Part shown: positions 59,156 through 64,000 of the stretch, piece by piece | Layout: each line of letters opens with the position of its first letter | Position numbering within the stretch: position 1 is the first letter of the stretch | Assembly: GCA_964016885.1 (NCBI GenBank) | Contig: CAXHJY010000928.1 | Span: 186,001-250,000, forward strand | Length of the DNA: 64,000 nucleotides | Reading direction: 5' to 3' | Source of the DNA: Eledone cirrhosa | Lineage: Eukaryota | Translations under genes and position numbers: made by a program | The notes under the pieces: generated by a model | Told to the model about the DNA's origin: nothing | The model's input: the letters and a program-made list of their open reading frames with translations, nothing else | The model's database searches: none

Positions 59156-59450
59156 ATATATATTTCACTTGTTTGGGAGTTAAACCCTAAATTGACAGTC
59201 ACAATATTGTTTAGGTTTAACATCCAAACAAGCAAAAAATAGTTTTATTAGTGTTTGTATATTATCTATCTCTTCTGCCTTTTCTTTCCACTTGGTTAAT
59301 ATGTTGGGCCTGGTCAATATCTCTTCTTTTCAGTTGCAGCTCAATGGTTGGCAGTATATTTATCTCATTTGTGTCGAAAAACTAACCCTTTTGTCCTTTG
59401 TCCCATTTTTACTGTACCGTGTGCACTTGAACCAGTTGTATTGATCTTAA

Positions 59451-59650
59451 CCCTTTAGCATTTAAACCAGCCGTATCCGGTCAGAACTCTATCATCTCTT
59501 TCTGTTCAAACTGGCTCTAACTTGCTACTCATACTGACTTTAAGGTATTGTTCTCAAAATAAATAACATCAAAATCTCATAGATTTGATATTATGTGAGG
59601 TAAAGCCTTTACTGTGAAAATACAATAGTATATATAGAGTAATGTAAATG
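59451..59650. mobile_element. piggyBac-type MITE, inverted sister of 44630-44853, with its right end expanded into the 72-bp array
   Basis: TTAA|CCCTTTAGCATT..., TTAAGGTATTGTTCTCAAAATAAATA and TCAAAATCTCATAGATT match the reverse complement of 44715-44853. Confidence 0.85.
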
Positions 59651-61031
59651 TTATGTGAGATATTATGTGAGGTAAAGCCTTTACTGTGAAAATACAATAG
59701 TATATATAGAGTAATGTAAATGTTATGTGAGATATTATGTGAGGTAAAGCCTTTACTGTGAAAATACAATAGTATATATAGAGTAATGTAAATGTTATGT
59801 GAGATATTATGTGAGGTAAAGCCTTTACTGTGAAAATACAATAGTATATATAGAGTAATGTAAATGTTATGCGAGATATTATGTGAGGTAAAGCCTTTAC
59901 TGTGAAAATACAATAGTATATATAGAGTAATGTAAATGTTATGTGAGATATTATGTGAGGTAAAGCCTTTACTGTGAAAATACAATAGTATATATAGAGT
60001 AATGTAAATGTTATGTGAGATATTATGTGAGGTAAAGCCTTTACTGTGAAAATATAATAGTATATATAGAGTAATGTAAATGTTATGTGAGATATTATGT
60101 GAGGTAAAGCCTTTACTGTGAAAATACAATAGTATATATAGAGTAATGTAAATGTTATGTGAAGTATTATGTGAGGTAAAGTCTTTACTGTGACAATACA
60201 ATAGTATATATAGAGTAATGTAAATGTTATGTGAGATAGTATGTGAGGTAAAGCCTTTACTGTGAAAATACAATAGTATATATAGAGTAATGTAAATGTT
60301 ATGTGAGATAGTATGTGAGGTAAAGCATTTACTGTGACAATACAATAGTATATATAGAGTAATGTAAATGTTATGTGAGATATTAGGTGAGGTAAAGCCT
60401 TTACTGTGAGAATACAATAGTATATATAGAGTAATGTAAATGTTATGAGATACTATGTGAGGAAAAGCCTTTACCATAAAAATACAATAGTATATATAGA
60501 GTAATGTAAATTTTATGTGAGATATTATGTGAGGTAAAGCCTTTACTGTGAAAATACAATAGTATATATAGAATAATGTAAATGTTATGTGAGATATTAT
60601 GTGAGGTAAAGCCTTTACTGTGACAATACAATAGTATATATAGAATAATGTAAATGTTATGTGAGATATTATGTAAGGTAAAACCTTTACTGTGAAAATA
60701 CAATAGTATATATAGAGTAATGTAAATGTTATGTGAGATATTATGTGAGGTAAAGCCTTTACTGTGACAATACAATAGTATATATAGAATAATGTAAATG
60801 TTATGTGAGATATTATGTAAGGTAAAGCCTTTACTGTGAAAATACAATAGTATATATAGAGTAATGTAAATGTTATGTGAGATATTATGTGAGGTAAAGC
60901 CTTTACTGTGAAAATACAATAGTATATATAAAGTAATGTAGATGTTATGTGAGATATTATGTGAGGTAAAGCCTTTACTGTGAAAATACAATAGTATATA
61001 TAGAGTAATGTAAATGTTATGTGAGGTAAAG
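59587..61031. repeat. 72-bp minisatellite, ~20 copies
   Basis: Unit GATATTATGTGAGGTAAAGCCTTTACTGTGAAAATACAATAGTATATATAGAGTAATGTAAATGTTATGTGA, starting at 59587, 59659 and onward. One unit has a 2-bp deletion near 60447. Confidence 0.98.
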
Positions 61032-61135
61032 TAACTAAACAACATATCTTTAGCAATCAACTGATGAGTTGGGATTGATGTGTTCGTTTTTTCGTCGTTT
61101 TCACCCATGTTTTATATATAATTTATAAACCTACG

Positions 61136-61283
61136 TTGTGGGGTGTTGTGGGGTGATATGTTGTGGGAGTGTTATGTTTTGGGGGTGTTATGCTGCAGGG
61201 GGGGGTGTATGTTGTGGGGGCATATTTTGTGGGGTGTTATGTTGTGGGGGGGGGGGGGGGGGGGTATGTTGTGGGGTGTTATG
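61136..61283 (+). repeat. G-rich degenerate repeat (TATGTTGTGGGG-like) with a long poly-G run
   Basis: About eight GGG+ runs separated by short T-rich linkers. Confidence 0.85.
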
Positions 61284-61974
61284 TATTTGATCTTGTTGAG
61301 ACGGACACTTGTTAAATTACAGCCATTAGTTTCACTTTGATGGTTGGTCCTCCTGTAAATATTGTAGAAAATTACTTGTAACATTTACAGTTTATTATAT
61401 ATATCATATACTTTATTGTTCATATACTTTATTGTTTAGACATTAGCTTCAATGTTTAGTTGTTTACATTAACAACACTCAGTTTTCAGCTTGTTGTAAT
61501 TTGTGAGGAAACATTTAAACATAATCTGCTTTCTATTGAAATTGTTTACTATCTACTCTTTCACTCTAATACATAAGTCAGTAATGTTGTCGTTTTTATT
61601 CACTCTGATGTGTGTGTGTGTAAAACAACATAGGGTAAAAGCATTATTCTGGTTTGTCATCTTTTTACCTCAGTTCCATCTTTATATCCACATTGAGTCT
61701 CTTTGTAGTTGAGTCTAGGGAATGACTGTATAAGTGTTGTTGGTGCTACAGCAAAAAGCACTCAGTATGCTGTAAAGTGGTTGTTATAGCAAGAACATTC
61801 AGCTATAGAAACCAAGGCAGATATGTCGAAGATATGACACTTTCCTAGTGCTGGTGCCACAATATAGTTCACACTGTAAATTGGTTTGATGTAGGTCAGG
61901 ATTTTTTCTGCTCCATGTATTAAGGGCAGTGTTTAGCTAAGTTCCTATGCTAATTAATTTCACTGTGCTACACT

Positions 61975-62900
61975 GGAGTGTAGTTTAGTGGTTAGATTGT
62001 TGGATTGACAACTGTGAAGTTTGATTCTCTGACCAAGCAATGTGTTGTATTCTTGAGCAAGATACTTTATTTCATGTTGCTCCAATTTACTCAGCTGTAG
62101 AAATGAGTTGTGACATCACTGGTGCCAAGCTGTATCAGCCTTCACCTTTCCCTTGGACATCATATATTGTAGATATATAGAGTTTATAGTGTATATATAG
62201 CAGATATATAGAGTATATATACAGAATATGTTGTTATATCACTGGTGTCAGCTGTATCAGACTTTGCCTTTTCCTTGGACAATATCATATATAGTAGATA
62301 CAAACTTAAACCTACAGTCAGTAGGTTAACCCAATATACACCCCACCTCATAACCCCTACTCCATCCTCCCACACCACCCTTTCTCTGTAAAGTTACGTT
62401 GGTACCACAGAACATCCAACCTACACTGTAAAGTGGTTGTGTAGGTGTCATGACAAAAAGCACCCAGTCCACACTGTAAAGTGGTCATGTAGGTGACACG
62501 GTAAAAAGGCTCCTAGTCCATACTGTAAATGTGGTTAGTGTTAGGAAGGGCATCCAGCTGTAGAATTACTAGCCAGAAACATTTCTGTATGAGTGAGACA
62601 TGGTCACCCAACCAATCTTGCCTCAAGTGGGACAAACCCATCTAACCCATTCTAGCGTGGAAGATAGACGTTAAACAATGGTGATGATGATGATGATATA
62701 TATATATATATATATTAGTTGCAACATCACTGGTGCCAAGCTGTATCAACCTTCACCTTTCCCTTGAACAACATCAGTGACATAGAGAAGGGTATGTACA
62801 GGTGACTGCTGATCTTCCACACCTTGCCTGGGCATGTATGGGGAAATTTCTAGGTGCAAAATCCATTGTCATTTGTGACCGATGGGGTTCGTCAACCTTT
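61975..62900 (+). mobile_element. Second tRNA-derived SINE family, interrupted at ~62160-62716
   Basis: Decayed tRNA head (TAGTTTAGTGGTTAG..GTTTGATTC) and TTCTTGAGCAAGATACTTTA body. The body resumes at 62717 after a duplicated ~50-bp segment. Confidence 0.65.
62420..62697 (+). mobile_element. RTE-type 3' UTR element with (ATG)n tail and three internal CACTGTAAAGTGG repeats
   Basis: GTTAGGAAGGGCATCCAGCTGTAGAA and ACCCAT.CTAGCGTGGAAGA.AGACGTTAAAC match the 3' UTR of the minus-strand RTE at 56195-56380. Smaller relics lie at ~52603-52640, ~58420-58480 and ~61750-61815. Confidence 0.75.
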
Positions 62901-63032
62901 GGTCACTACACAGGACTGGACTATTGCCAACATTTAACCAATCAAACTATTTTTCAGTTGTTGTCCTATTAAGTCCATTAATCATGACATGTTCTTGTAT
63001 CTGCTTACTGTTGAATGTCATGTTGGAAAATA

Positions 63033-63805
63033 AGTGTGTGTGTGTATATATGTGTGTAGGAGTGTGGGTGTATGTGTGTATAGGAATGTTGGTAGGTGTG
63101 TTTGCGTATGTGTATAAGCAGGCGTGTGTATGTCTGTGTATAGAAGTGTGTGTGTGGGGGGGGGGGTCATATAAGCAGGTGTGTGTGTATAGGAGTGTGT
63201 AGGTGTTTGTGTATGTGTGTAGTGAGGTGTATGTGTATAGGCAGGTTTGTGTGTGTGTGTTTATATGTTTATATGTGTATGTATGTATGTGTATGTATAA
63301 GTGGATTTTGTGCATGTGTGTAATGATGTGCATATATGTATGTATGTGCATGTGTGGGTGTGTATCGGTGTGTTTATGTGTATAAATGTGTGCATCTGTG
63401 TGTGCATGTGTATGTGCAACTGTATGTATTAATGTATGAATGTGCATGTGTGTGTATATGAGTATGCACGTATGTATATGTAAGTGGATGTATGTGTATG
63501 AGTATATGTTTGTGTCTATGTATGTGCATATGTGCATGTATATGTATGTTCATGTATGCGTGTGTGTATGTGCGCATGTGCTTGTGTTTATGAATGTGTA
63601 TGTGCATGTGTGTATATGCGAGTGTGTGTGTGTGCATGTTCATGTGTGTATATGTATGTATGTGCACCTGTATATGTGAATGTATGTGCATGTGTGTGTG
63701 TGTATGAATGTGCATGCATGTATATGTATGTGCATATGTGTGTGTATGTATGTGTATATATGTATGTATTTGCAAGTGTGTGTATATGTGTGAATGTATG
63801 TGTAT
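63033..63805. repeat. Degenerate (TG/TA)n microsatellite
   Basis: ~770 bp of mostly alternating purine-pyrimidine GTGT/GTAT/GCAT sequence. Confidence 0.95.
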
Positions 63806-64000
63806 GATGGTTGTGGTGCTGTACAACAACCACAACTCAATGTAATTTTCCCACAACCATTAATGTAAAACACTAAAATAAACAATTTCGATTTTAATAA
63901 ATCTAATATTTGCATTTTATAGAAATTATTTCCTTCCCTTATTTTATAACTAACCCCGTGAAATACTTAAAGTCTGAGTCACTATTAAAGAACAGTTGGA

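Noticed and set aside
59569-61108. 495-aa and 221-aa ORFs with 24-aa repeats
   Set aside because: They result from a 72-bp (multiple of 3) stop-free unit derived from a non-coding MITE.

Overview
Repeat-only eukaryotic (metazoan) DNA with no supportable host gene. The SINE and RTE families resemble those I recall from octopod cephalopods (inference, not searched). Bases 1-~43,492 are an uninterrupted 37-bp satellite (~1,175 units, consensus GATATACACAGG(G/A)A(T/G)ACAGTGTACCTATTGTATACTA) with a variant-unit code and nested multi-kb duplications. All ORFs there are translation artefacts. The last ~20.5 kb is a transposon graveyard: decayed RTE-clade LINEs, tRNA-derived SINEs, piggyBac- and Tigger-type MITEs, Penelope-like remnants and microsatellites. 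Main observations: (1) a 72-bp minisatellite whose single-copy ancestor lies in a sister MITE 15 kb away; (2) five minimal hammerhead-ribozyme-like motifs, two of them in a 400-bp head-to-head palindrome; (3) an RTE-like LINE with twin-priming 5'-inversion geometry; (4) a hint that the 37-bp satellite was seeded from the RTE ORF it abuts. I found no evidence of a new protein-coding system.
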